A stretch of DNA of 64,000 nt from Candidatus Parvarchaeota archaeon (lineage in GTDB: Archaea; Nanobdellota; Nanobdellia; Parvarchaeales; Parvarchaeaceae). The stretch covers positions 11,738 through 75,737 of the forward strand of contig JAMCSQ010000019.1 in assembly GCA_023378805.1 (NCBI GenBank), written 5' to 3'. The first letter of the stretch is position 1, and every line of letters begins with the position of its first letter. The position numbers and the translations under genes were made by a program. This document shows, in pieces, positions 19,246 through 28,488 of the stretch. The notes beneath the pieces were generated by a model. That model did not search any database. It was not told where the DNA came from and saw nothing but the letters and a program-made list of their open reading frames with translations.

Positions 19246-20232
19246 TTATTTTTTTGCGTAAAAGCCTAAGATTTTTAAGTTCGAATTATAAAAAATAAGC
19301 ATTAAAAATATAAGAACGTAAAGAGGGCCAGCAGCCAAATCCGTTATTCCTGGAAAGAAAGGCCCTCCAAAACCCTGTATAACAGACCATGAAAATAGGC
19401 TGTATACTATACCCGCCAGATAATCCCATTTTCTGAATAAACCGAAAATAAGTAATAAAGCTATAGCAAACTCTGAAAATGCATACAAGTATAAAAATAA
19501 ATGTATGTTTGGCAGGATTAGTTTATCCCAAAACAAAAAGAATGGAATTAAAAATCTAGGCTCACCTAAAAGCTGCATAAGTTGATTCCCGGCAACATTA
19601 GATGCTGTGCCGCTGACTAACTTTAACGAAGCGTTTATGGCCAAAAGTGCTCCAAAAGTTATTGAAAATAGCGCAAAAACCATTATTTTTTCATTTTTTG
19701 ACTTTGTTTGTTTAAAGTATCCAATTTTTTGCCATATTTTATGTTTCTTTTCTATTATTTTGTCAAGGGATTTATCATAGGTCTTGAAATTCCTATCAGT
19801 AAATATTAGAAGTAGAAATAAAAGGAAGTAAAATGGGGTTGCACCAATGTTAAGCGTTCCTGCTATATACGGGCCTCCAAACTGACTTATAGTTAGCCAG
19901 ATAACTATTGAGTATACCGCGCCTGTAATATACAAAAACTTTTTGAAAAGCCCTAAAATAAGAAACAAACCGATTAAGAACTCAACAACTATTGCAAAAG
20001 CCACAAGAAAATTTATGTTATTTGCGGTAAAGTTCGCCCAAAATGCAACCCAGGGGTAGACAAAAGACCATGCACCATACGCACCTGAAAGTACATTCTC
20101 CTTTATCAAATAAGCAGAATCCGGTATCAATTTAAGCATTGAATCTGCTATAAATATTAAACCTAAAATAAGCCTAGTTACAAATGGTATTTTGTCAGAC
20201 CAACCTTTAAATTTTCCCATAAGCGGAATCAA
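19246..20232 (-). CDS. DoxD/DoxX-like membrane protein with internal duplication
   Basis: Two repeats of LKL...W...EF.I.L.LI.GLF.K..Y..G.VYS...W...FGGP...G...G. Confidence 0.75.
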   Translation of the reverse strand: MIPLMGKFKGWSDKIPFVTRLILGLIFIADSMLKLIPDSAYLIKENVLSGAYGAWSFVYPWVAFWANFTANNINFLVAFAIVVEFLIGLFLILGLFKKFLYITGAVYSIVIWLTISQFGGPYIAGTLNIGATPFYFLLFLLLIFTDRNFKTYDKSLDKIIEKKHKIWQKIGYFKQTKSKNEKIMVFALFSITFGALLAINASLKLVSGTASNVAGNQLMQLLGEPRFLIPFFLFWDKLILPNIHLFLYLYAFSEFAIALLLIFGLFRKWDYLAGIVYSLFSWSVIQGFGGPFFPGITDLAAGPLYVLIFLMLIFYNSNLKILGFYAKK

Positions 20233-20247
20233 TTAAGGTAGCATTGA

Positions 20248-20979
20248 TTAAGAATAACCATTACCGCCACTGCTGCTTGTAGAAGGAGAACTGCTTACTA
20301 CTATTTTACCGTACATTCCTAAAGCTGCATGCCCGAATATCGGACAGATATACCAGTATATTCCATTAGCATTTGCTGTAAATGTTTCTCTTTCCTCGTA
20401 TATACGGCCATTCTTAGGAGGTGGTATAAGTATACCTTTTACAACGATATCCTGTGAACTAGTATAACCATCAAATGCCGTTTCTGGTCCTGGAATAGAA
20501 TAAGGCGGAGCAAAACTGTTATTGGTTATCATATATCCATGATAAGCATAGTCAGATAAATCAAATGCATCAAAGGTAACGATTGAACCTTGTTTTATAA
20601 TAATTGTAGGATTTATAAGTCCATATACCATAAAAGCAGGAAGTGCCTGAAGGTCTAACTCTCCTAACAATGCTTTGTAAGGTGTACTTGTTCCTGGAAT
20701 TGTGGAATTCAGAGTTATATTATTTGCTGGATCTGAAGACAAATTATCTATCATACCCATGGATATTGTCGCGGATTTATTTACATATATTGTATTTGTA
20801 GCTGCGTTAACTGTAACCCCTGCAGGTACAGTACTTAAAGCAGTGGAAACAGAAATGGATACCGGCCCTGCGAAGTTTATCGTATGATTAATAGTAAGAA
20901 ATGCCACTATGATAATTATTACTGCTATTACAATTATTGTTGCTAAAATCATGGCATTGCTGTTTTTAGGATTTTCCAT
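20248..20979 (-). CDS. Membrane-anchored rusticyanin/sulfocyanin-like blue copper protein
   Basis: NPTIIIKQGS, HGYMIT, YWYICPIFGHAALGMYGKIVV type-1 Cu site; N-terminal TM. Confidence 0.9.
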   Translation of the reverse strand: MENPKNSNAMILATIIVIAVIIIIVAFLTINHTINFAGPVSISVSTALSTVPAGVTVNAATNTIYVNKSATISMGMIDNLSSDPANNITLNSTIPGTSTPYKALLGELDLQALPAFMVYGLINPTIIIKQGSIVTFDAFDLSDYAYHGYMITNNSFAPPYSIPGPETAFDGYTSSQDIVVKGILIPPPKNGRIYEERETFTANANGIYWYICPIFGHAALGMYGKIVVSSSPSTSSSGGNGYS

Positions 20980-21644
20980 TATACTACCTCAATTTTACCA
21001 TACATCCCTAATTGAGCATGCCCTGGTATCGGACAAAGATAATAATAGGTACCGGTAGAATTAAATGTATAAGAACCGCTTGTCGAATAAATGCTTCCGC
21101 TGAAAGGATTATTAAAGTTAGCAGGTGGCGGCAATGCTGGTAAATACATAAGATCTGACTTCAAAGCAATAGGTGAGAGCGTAGTAAATGGATTAAATGG
21201 AGGAGTTTGAGCAGTTATAGCAAATATGTGTATCTCTGCCCCAAGATTTATAAAAACGAAGTTTACGGTTGAGCCCTGTTTTATAATAAATGTAGGGTCT
21301 ATAAGGCCATAATCTCCAAAATATGGAAGCTCATGATTTGGAGTCGCAAGATAAGAATCTGTAGCGGTTATATTAACTGGGTAAGTTATATTATGAATAG
21401 GATTATAAGAAATATTTTCATAAGCCACTAAAGGAATTGTAACATTTGGCCCTGTTATTACTATTGAATTATTCGCAGAATAGACAGCTACTCCACTAGG
21501 TACTGTACGAACAAATTTAAGCAGTGCAGCAGAGGGAGAAGAAGGAACTAATGTGTAGATTATAAATACTGCTATAACCACAATTACAGCTACTACAATT
21601 ACCTCATAAATAAAAAAATTATTTTTCTTTGGTTTATCTTGCAT
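20979..21644 (-). CDS. Membrane-anchored rusticyanin/sulfocyanin-like blue copper protein
   Basis: DPTFIIKQGS, HIFAIT, YYYLCPIPGHAQLGMYGKIEV; N-terminal TM. Confidence 0.9.
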   Translation of the reverse strand: MQDKPKKNNFFIYEVIVVAVIVVIAVFIIYTLVPSSPSAALLKFVRTVPSGVAVYSANNSIVITGPNVTIPLVAYENISYNPIHNITYPVNITATDSYLATPNHELPYFGDYGLIDPTFIIKQGSTVNFVFINLGAEIHIFAITAQTPPFNPFTTLSPIALKSDLMYLPALPPPANFNNPFSGSIYSTSGSYTFNSTGTYYYLCPIPGHAQLGMYGKIEVV

Positions 21645-21645
21645 T

Positions 21646-22005
21646 TTATTTATAAGAATTTAGCTTATTTAAACTTTTATGCAGATTATTAAAATATTTG
21701 TAGAGTTTTAAAGCAGCCATACTAAAGAGCTTAAAATCTATATAAGTGCCTATAACCGCAACTCCATATGTTATCGGTAGAGTAATAGCAGCATGCTGCA
21801 CATATGCAAATTGATATTCGTAGCTAGGTATAATGTTGAGCCCTTTCTCTGCTAATAAAACTGAATACGCCTCTGGAAATGCCGCTATACCTAATACCGC
21901 CAACTTGTATGCTTTTGGATGTTTTTTAATATAACCAAAGAATTTATCCTTAATTTGAACCTTATCATTGGATAATAAACCTTCAAGATTACTTGGCCCC
22001 ATCAA
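21646..22005 (-). CDS. Hypothetical membrane-associated protein
   Basis: 119 aa ORF ending 1 nt before the cupredoxin start. Confidence 0.55.
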   Translation of the reverse strand: MMGPSNLEGLLSNDKVQIKDKFFGYIKKHPKAYKLAVLGIAAFPEAYSVLLAEKGLNIIPSYEYQFAYVQHAAITLPITYGVAVIGTYIDFKLFSMAALKLYKYFNNLHKSLNKLNSYK

Positions 22006-22040
22006 TAAAAAGTAGATATATCGGTATATAAACGTTTAAT

Positions 22041-22703
22041 CTAAGGAGTTATGTACTTTTTCCAGTTTGTTCTGTCTTTTTCAACAGGCAAATAATGAAC
22101 ATCTTCATTAATATCCTCCTCAGTGATATCTGCAAGTCTCAGATTATTTGGATTATTATGCTCTAATATATTTAGAATTTTCTTACCGTTCTCCAAAGAG
22201 GGATAAACATGCCAACAAACCGTTTGTCCATCACTGTTTTTTCTTATATTCTCTATTATGTATTCTCTTCTTTCGTCTATATCGCTAGCCACTGGGCTAT
22301 CTCCTAAAATAAGTTTATAAAATCTAAAAAAGTTATTATCCGCATTGACTTTCCTCTGATCATATAAACCTATTGTATAAACAAGGTTCTTTTTCAGATG
22401 ATTGCTAAACAGATCGCCATCATTCGCTTTAGAAACATAATTAATCCTTCCAGGAACACTGTTCTTGAAGAGATAAAGAAAATTCTCTCCATCCTTATTA
22501 ACAATATACGCATGTAACCTTTTATAAGTTAAAACATCTGAATTTTTGTACAATTTGTACTCTGAATCAAATTTATCGCCCTGCGGATTTATCTTCAAAA
22601 CTGCGAAGGAAAATACAAAATCCATGTTATTTGTGTAGCCATTATAAGAATCTATTTTTTCAGCATTTGTTAATAAGGATTCTAATATTTCCTCCTTTTT
22701 CAT
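22041..22703 (-). CDS. Hypothetical protein
   Basis: 220 aa ORF with TATA-like element upstream; no recognised motif. Confidence 0.65.
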   Translation of the reverse strand: MKKEEILESLLTNAEKIDSYNGYTNNMDFVFSFAVLKINPQGDKFDSEYKLYKNSDVLTYKRLHAYIVNKDGENFLYLFKNSVPGRINYVSKANDGDLFSNHLKKNLVYTIGLYDQRKVNADNNFFRFYKLILGDSPVASDIDERREYIIENIRKNSDGQTVCWHVYPSLENGKKILNILEHNNPNNLRLADITEEDINEDVHYLPVEKDRTNWKKYITP

Positions 22704-22789
22704 AAATTTTATAGAAAAATTCTAATATATAAATGTTATTATTTGTAAATTTTACAATAATACCTATCAAAATTGAAATTTAATGGTGA

Positions 22790-24568
22790 TTAGTATTCCT
22801 TAACGCTCTTGTACATTTTATCGAACTCGTCCCAAAGCTCGGCAGGCAGATGCTTTTCAAATTTTTTAAAGAAGACTTTCACCTCATTTAATTCCTTCAA
22901 CCAGCCTTGCTTATTAAAATATAACAACCCCTCGATTTTTTCTTTTCCAATATTCAATCCATTTAAATTTAAATCCTCTATCTTAGGTATAAAACCAATA
23001 GGCAGTTCAATTGCATTTACTTTTCTATCAACTCTGTCAATCATCCATTTTAGTATCCTAAAGTTTTCGCTGAAGCCGGGCCAGATATAATTTCCTTTTT
23101 CATCTTTTCTAAACCAGTTTACATTAAAAACCTTTGGAGGAGTTTTTACCCTCTTAGCAACATCAAACCAATGCTTAAAATAATCGCCCATATTATAACC
23201 ACAAAAAGGAAGCATTGACATCGGATCAGATCTTATTATTCCGGTAGAATCTGACTGTGCAGCGGTTGTTTCTGCCCTTATCATTGCTCCTAATAATATG
23301 CCTTGCTCAAACGTCTTTGCTTCGTATACTAAAGGGATCAGCGAAGAACGCCTGCCACCGAACAGCATAACTGATAATTTAACACCATTTGGAGCTTCAT
23401 ATAACTTAGACTTAAAGGTATACTGTTTTAACGGAGTTGTAAATCTTGAATTTTTATGTGCTGCGTCTTTACTGCTTCCAGAATGCCATTCCCTGCCAGT
23501 CCAATCATATAAGATTTCTGGAGGCTTGCTTAACCCTTCCCACCAAGGAGTATTGTTCTTTGGATTTAAAGCGACGTTTGTAAAAATTGTATTTCTCCTA
23601 AGTGACTGCAATATATTTGGATTGCTACTCGGGCCTGTACCATATGCAACTCCAAAGAAACCATTTTCTGGGTTTATCCCTCTAAGTTCTCCTTCTTTGC
23701 CTACAAAAAGCCAGCCTATATCATCACCAACTGTTCTTGCTTCAAATTCATTGAAATTAGAAGGAGGTTTTATCATCGCTAGATTTGTTTTGCCGCTAGC
23801 ACTTGGCAATGCGCCACTTATGTAATATCTATTTTTTCTTTTCTTATCAACTACTTCAAGAAGAAACATATGCTCTGCTAACCATCCTTCATCCCTTGCA
23901 ACTACGCTTGCTAGTCTCAAAGCATGCGGTTTTTTGCTTAGTACCGCATTTCCACCATACTCCGTATTTATGCTCATCAACAACAATTCATCAGGGAAAT
24001 GGCAGATATACCTATTTTCAATACTTAAATCACCTGTAGAATGCAATGCCCTCACGTATTTTTTCTTCTTTTTTATTTCTTTTACAGCAACTTGCCCCAT
24101 TCTTGTAAGGATACGCATGTTTACGACTACATATGCACTATCAGTTATTTCAATGCCAACCTGAGAAAAATCCGAGTTTGCTGGACCCATTAGATATGGA
24201 ATAACATACATTACCCTTCCTTTCATTGCTCCATTGAAAAATTTCCACATCATTTTAAATGCTTTTTCTTTTTTCATCCATCTATTTGTTGGCCCTGCTT
24301 CTTCTGCATTGTCAGTGCATATCAGTGTCCTATCTTCCACTCTCGCAACATCGTTTCTTTGGGTACGATAAAGATAGCAGTTTTTGTATTCTTTTTCATT
24401 AAGTTTTATCCATTTTCCTTCAGTTGTAAGTAAATTCCTTAACTCTGCATTCTCTCTATAGGAGCCGTCACACCAGTATAGCTTTTCCGGTTTTGTTATT
24501 TTCTCGACTTCATAGATCCAAGAAACCAAAGAATCAGGTAAAGACTTAATATCTTTTTCATCAAGCAT
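22790..24568 (-). CDS. pckG: Phosphoenolpyruvate carboxykinase (GTP)
   Basis: DVARVE, YGGNA, WLAEHM, PSASGKTN, VGDDI, NPENGFFGVA, NWFRK, WPGF. Confidence 0.96.
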   Translation of the reverse strand: MLDEKDIKSLPDSLVSWIYEVEKITKPEKLYWCDGSYRENAELRNLLTTEGKWIKLNEKEYKNCYLYRTQRNDVARVEDRTLICTDNAEEAGPTNRWMKKEKAFKMMWKFFNGAMKGRVMYVIPYLMGPANSDFSQVGIEITDSAYVVVNMRILTRMGQVAVKEIKKKKKYVRALHSTGDLSIENRYICHFPDELLLMSINTEYGGNAVLSKKPHALRLASVVARDEGWLAEHMFLLEVVDKKRKNRYYISGALPSASGKTNLAMIKPPSNFNEFEARTVGDDIGWLFVGKEGELRGINPENGFFGVAYGTGPSSNPNILQSLRRNTIFTNVALNPKNNTPWWEGLSKPPEILYDWTGREWHSGSSKDAAHKNSRFTTPLKQYTFKSKLYEAPNGVKLSVMLFGGRRSSLIPLVYEAKTFEQGILLGAMIRAETTAAQSDSTGIIRSDPMSMLPFCGYNMGDYFKHWFDVAKRVKTPPKVFNVNWFRKDEKGNYIWPGFSENFRILKWMIDRVDRKVNAIELPIGFIPKIEDLNLNGLNIGKEKIEGLLYFNKQGWLKELNEVKVFFKKFEKHLPAELWDEFDKMYKSVKEY

Positions 24569-24776
24569 TACTATTCACCTATAACTTTTTTCAAAGCTTT
24601 TGTACTAAATTTAACTAATTTAAAGCCAAAACATAGTATTTATATTTGTTTAATTAATTTATAGTTTTTTATCGATGCCGCTATAAAAATAGCGTTTTTA
24701 CCTTTATATGAAGTAAAAATTAACCGTTGAAAGTCAATTAAAAGCTTAAATATTGGAAGTTTTCAAATGATTAAAT

Positions 24777-26204
24777 ATGGTTTTCAGCAATAATACGATC
24801 GATTCTCTATACACGGCTAAAAAAGCAATAGAAGAATTAGTCAAAAGCAATAAAGACAATAAAAAATTGAATGAAATAATAAAAAACAAAGGAGTAAAAC
24901 TTGAAGATTTACTAAGTACTAACATAGAAATAGACTATGATAATCTGAGTATAAAGGCTTCGTACTTTACTAGAGATTATCCAAGCAACCTTGTCAATCT
25001 TATGAATGCAATTCAAGACATAAAAGCATTTTCAAAAAGCGCTTACAGAAAGATACGGTTTGATATTGACAACAATGAAAATGATGGAACCTACTATATA
25101 AAGGCATTTGATGAAAAAGATGAAAACTTATTCTATATTAGATTGTCGAAAATGGTGTTTGAAATGGATAGCGGATTAAAACATGCCTTTTTGTCTACAG
25201 GTATATACAAGAATTTCGCAGAAAAACCCTCATTTGCAAGAGAATTGTTTTCGATATTAAATGAAAAAGTAATAATAAAAGACATAGAAAATACGAACAA
25301 GGATTTATTTATTGAAGACGCTTATTCGGAAAATGGAGGTAATTTGGCCGATACCCTTAAGAGTCTTGGGCTAGAGATTTACAATAGCGATATAAACATG
25401 AATATAGTGGGAGGATACAATGATATAAAAGATAGAATTGAAAGGGAAATATTCACCCCCTTCGCACATAAAGACATACTTAATGAAATAAGAAAACTTA
25501 CACGAATAAACAAGAAGAACGAGACAAATAGTGCACTGTTCTATGGAGAACCTGGAACAGGTAAGACCCTAATGGCAAGGGTAATATCAAATGAAAACAA
25601 ACTTAATTTCATTTATATGGATGTATCACAGATATATTCAAATTGGTATGGTGATTCTCCAAGGAGGATGGAAGCAGCATTTGACCTTGTAAAAAGATAT
25701 TCAAAACAAAATGGTAAAACGGTATTATTTATAGACGAAATAGATTCATTGGGAAACAGACAGTACAACAGCAATGAAAGCAACAAGGTATTAAATGTTC
25801 TGCTTACAAAATTAAGTGGCATTAAGTCTGAAGAGAATGAAGATCTGCTTCTAATCGGCTGTACAAACCTTATTAACAATCTTGACCCTGCTTTGATATC
25901 AAGATTTAAGAGCAAAATCTTGTTTAGAAAACCAAATGAAGAGGACAGGGCAGGTATAATCTCCACGTATTCGCAGAAACTTTCAGAAAGTGATATAAAA
26001 TTACTTGCAAAAAACACTGAAGGATTAACAGGCAGGGATATAGAATCAATCATTTCAATAGCAGAAGAGAACCTTGCATACGATGTAGCAAATAAAAAAA
26101 GGGATTATAAAACTCCAAGAATAGAGGATTACATACATGCGCTAAGTTTATTCAAACAGACTCATGAGCAGGAAAAGCAGAAAACCAGCGGCCTTTACAG
26201 CTGA
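24777..26204 (+). CDS. Single-module AAA+ ATPase with unrecognised N-terminal domain
   Basis: GEPGTGKT, LFIDEID, CTN...LDPALISRF. Confidence 0.9.
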   Translation: MVFSNNTIDSLYTAKKAIEELVKSNKDNKKLNEIIKNKGVKLEDLLSTNIEIDYDNLSIKASYFTRDYPSNLVNLMNAIQDIKAFSKSAYRKIRFDIDNNENDGTYYIKAFDEKDENLFYIRLSKMVFEMDSGLKHAFLSTGIYKNFAEKPSFARELFSILNEKVIIKDIENTNKDLFIEDAYSENGGNLADTLKSLGLEIYNSDINMNIVGGYNDIKDRIEREIFTPFAHKDILNEIRKLTRINKKNETNSALFYGEPGTGKTLMARVISNENKLNFIYMDVSQIYSNWYGDSPRRMEAAFDLVKRYSKQNGKTVLFIDEIDSLGNRQYNSNESNKVLNVLLTKLSGIKSEENEDLLLIGCTNLINNLDPALISRFKSKILFRKPNEEDRAGIISTYSQKLSESDIKLLAKNTEGLTGRDIESIISIAEENLAYDVANKKRDYKTPRIEDYIHALSLFKQTHEQEKQKTSGLYS

Positions 26205-27337
26205 TTGCCAAGAAAATTATATTTAAACTTTTTTACTTTTGAGATGTTGTCTTTCTTCCAAGCCATAAATCTTCTGCATTCTATGTCACTAAAGCTTGCT
26301 AATCTGCTAAAATCCCTCTTCTGAGAAAGTCCTATTTCAGTACCGTAATAAACAATTGAATTTTGCGCTTTTCCTAGTTCTCTTACTACTGAATTAGTTT
26401 TATCAGGGATTAACCAACTTATTCTCTGCATATCATGATTATCTGCGAAAATAAATCCCTTCTTTCTTCTTTTCTCAAGCATATCAAACTTCAGTCGTCT
26501 GATAGCTAGATTTGAAGAAAAATCTAAAGGAGTTTTAAATAATCTGCTAAATAGTTCCATTGCAAATTCCTCGGCTTTTGCAGACTGAATTTCATCCCAG
26601 GCTTTACCAATGTTTTTATTAACTAGCTCTAAAAGAGCATTTTTCTTTGTTTCGTCTTCTAAAAACCACAATGTATTTAGATATTTTGGAGCTATTCCTG
26701 ACAGCCAAATTTCTGGAAGAAAAGCGAAATTTCTATCAACTTTTTTACATGCTTCTGTGAACACTTTCCAGAATTCCATGGACGGACCAATTGCATGATC
26801 TAATCTATACCCGTCTATTCCAAAGTTATTTATCCAAAAAAGCCCTGCTTCCGTCAAGTAATCTATGACCTCCTTGTTTTTCGTATTTAATTTTGGTAGG
26901 CCTTTAAATCCAAGAAAGGACATATAATTATCTTTACCATCAAAAACGAACCATTTTTTGTATCTACTTTTTCCATTTTTTAAAGCCGAAACAAAAAAGG
27001 GGTGCTTATACGAAACATGATTTGCCACAAAATCTAGTATAACTTTTAATCCTATTGAATGGGCAGTATCAACAAGTTTCTTTAACGTATTATTCGAACC
27101 GAAATGTCTGTCGACCGAATAAAAATCAGTTGTGGAATAACCGTGATAATCGGAAGTAGAAAATATTGGAGTTAACCATATTGCATCAAAACTCATATCT
27201 TTTATGTATCCAAGCTTGCTTATGACACCCTTAAGATTTCCACCCATCCATGTTTTAGAGGTTTTAAAGGCAAGCCTTGCATCTTTATGCGCATTATCTG
27301 TTGAGAACCGATCCACAAATATTTGATAAATTTTCAT
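26195..27337 (-). CDS. GH13 alpha-amylase / neopullulanase-like glycosidase
   Basis: YQIFVDRF, YHGY, DFVANH, DGYRLDHA, PEIW, DNHD. Confidence 0.92.
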   Translation of the reverse strand: MKIYQIFVDRFSTDNAHKDARLAFKTSKTWMGGNLKGVISKLGYIKDMSFDAIWLTPIFSTSDYHGYSTTDFYSVDRHFGSNNTLKKLVDTAHSIGLKVILDFVANHVSYKHPFFVSALKNGKSRYKKWFVFDGKDNYMSFLGFKGLPKLNTKNKEVIDYLTEAGLFWINNFGIDGYRLDHAIGPSMEFWKVFTEACKKVDRNFAFLPEIWLSGIAPKYLNTLWFLEDETKKNALLELVNKNIGKAWDEIQSAKAEEFAMELFSRLFKTPLDFSSNLAIRRLKFDMLEKRRKKGFIFADNHDMQRISWLIPDKTNSVVRELGKAQNSIVYYGTEIGLSQKRDFSRLASFSDIECRRFMAWKKDNISKVKKFKYNFLGNQL

Positions 27338-27410
27338 GTTATTAGGTATTATATAAATCTTATAAATTTAAATAATAAAGAGATGTATATTATTAAATAT
27401 AAGATGGATT

Positions 27411-28487
27411 ATGGTAAGCGTATCATTAAAAGGAATATACAAATCGTTTAAAAGAAAGAAAAAGATTGTAGAGGTTTTAAAGGGAGTAGACTTGGATATA
27501 CCGGATGGAAAATTCACCGTTATTCTCGCGCCTTCGGGAGAGGGAAAAACTACATTAATAAGAATAATCGCAGGCCTAGAAAAACAGGATAAAGGAGATG
27601 TATATATAGGAAATAAAATCGTAAATGACACCCCTCCAAAGGATAGAAACCTTGCAATGGTCTTTCAGAATTATGCTATCTATCCATTCATGGACGTATT
27701 CAACAACATTGCATTTCCACTTAAGATAATGCACATGAAAAAAGAAGAAATTGAGAAAAAAGTAAGAGAAACTGCAAAGATGCTACAGATAGATGAATTG
27801 CTTGACAGAAGGCCTTCACAGCTTTCCGGAGGACAAAGACAGAGAGTAGCAATTGCAAGGGCTCTTGTAAAAGGAGCAAACCTGCTTTTACTTGACGAGC
27901 CCCTCTCAAACCTTGACGCGCAATTAAGGACAGTTGCCAGAGCAGAACTAAAAGAGTTGCAGAAAAGGCTGCATATAACGGTTGTATACGTGACACATGA
28001 TCAGGTTGAAGCAATGGTATTAGCAGATCAGGTAGCTGTTCTGCATAATGGAAAAATAGAAGCAGTTGACAATCCAATGGTTCTATACAGAAAACCTAAA
28101 GATGTGTGGGTTGCGGGGTTTATAGGAAATCCCCCAATGAACTTGATAGAGGGAGAACTTATTGATGAAAAAACATTTTCATTTGAAGGATACAAAATAA
28201 AAATACCCAATAGTATTTCAAAGAAACTCAAAATAAGTAAGGGAAAAGCTACTTTAGGGATAAGACCTGAAGACATAAAAGTAGGAGAGGGGAATGTAAA
28301 AGCCATTGTAAATCTTATTGAGCCATTGGGATCGCAGACGCTTTTACGTGTTACTATTGGAAAAACTACTATCAATGTCATAATATTCCAAACGCACATA
28401 ATAGAATTGAACAAAGAGATGACATTGGACCTTACAAGTGATAACTTAGCGGTATTTGATAAAACGGGACAAAACGCTGAAAAATAG
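27411..28487 (+). CDS. malK: Sugar ABC transporter ATP-binding subunit
   Basis: APSGEGKT, MVFQNYAIYP, LSGGQRQR, DEPLSNLDA, GIRPED TOBE domain. Confidence 0.93.
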   Translation: MVSVSLKGIYKSFKRKKKIVEVLKGVDLDIPDGKFTVILAPSGEGKTTLIRIIAGLEKQDKGDVYIGNKIVNDTPPKDRNLAMVFQNYAIYPFMDVFNNIAFPLKIMHMKKEEIEKKVRETAKMLQIDELLDRRPSQLSGGQRQRVAIARALVKGANLLLLDEPLSNLDAQLRTVARAELKELQKRLHITVVYVTHDQVEAMVLADQVAVLHNGKIEAVDNPMVLYRKPKDVWVAGFIGNPPMNLIEGELIDEKTFSFEGYKIKIPNSISKKLKISKGKATLGIRPEDIKVGEGNVKAIVNLIEPLGSQTLLRVTIGKTTINVIIFQTHIIELNKEMTLDLTSDNLAVFDKTGQNAEK

Positions 28488-28488
28488 A

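Noticed and set aside
24679-24699. CGCTAT-AAAA-ATAGCG hairpin plus T-tract between divergent pckG and AAA genes
   Set aside because: Only a 6-bp stem and no transcript is expected to end here; could be chance
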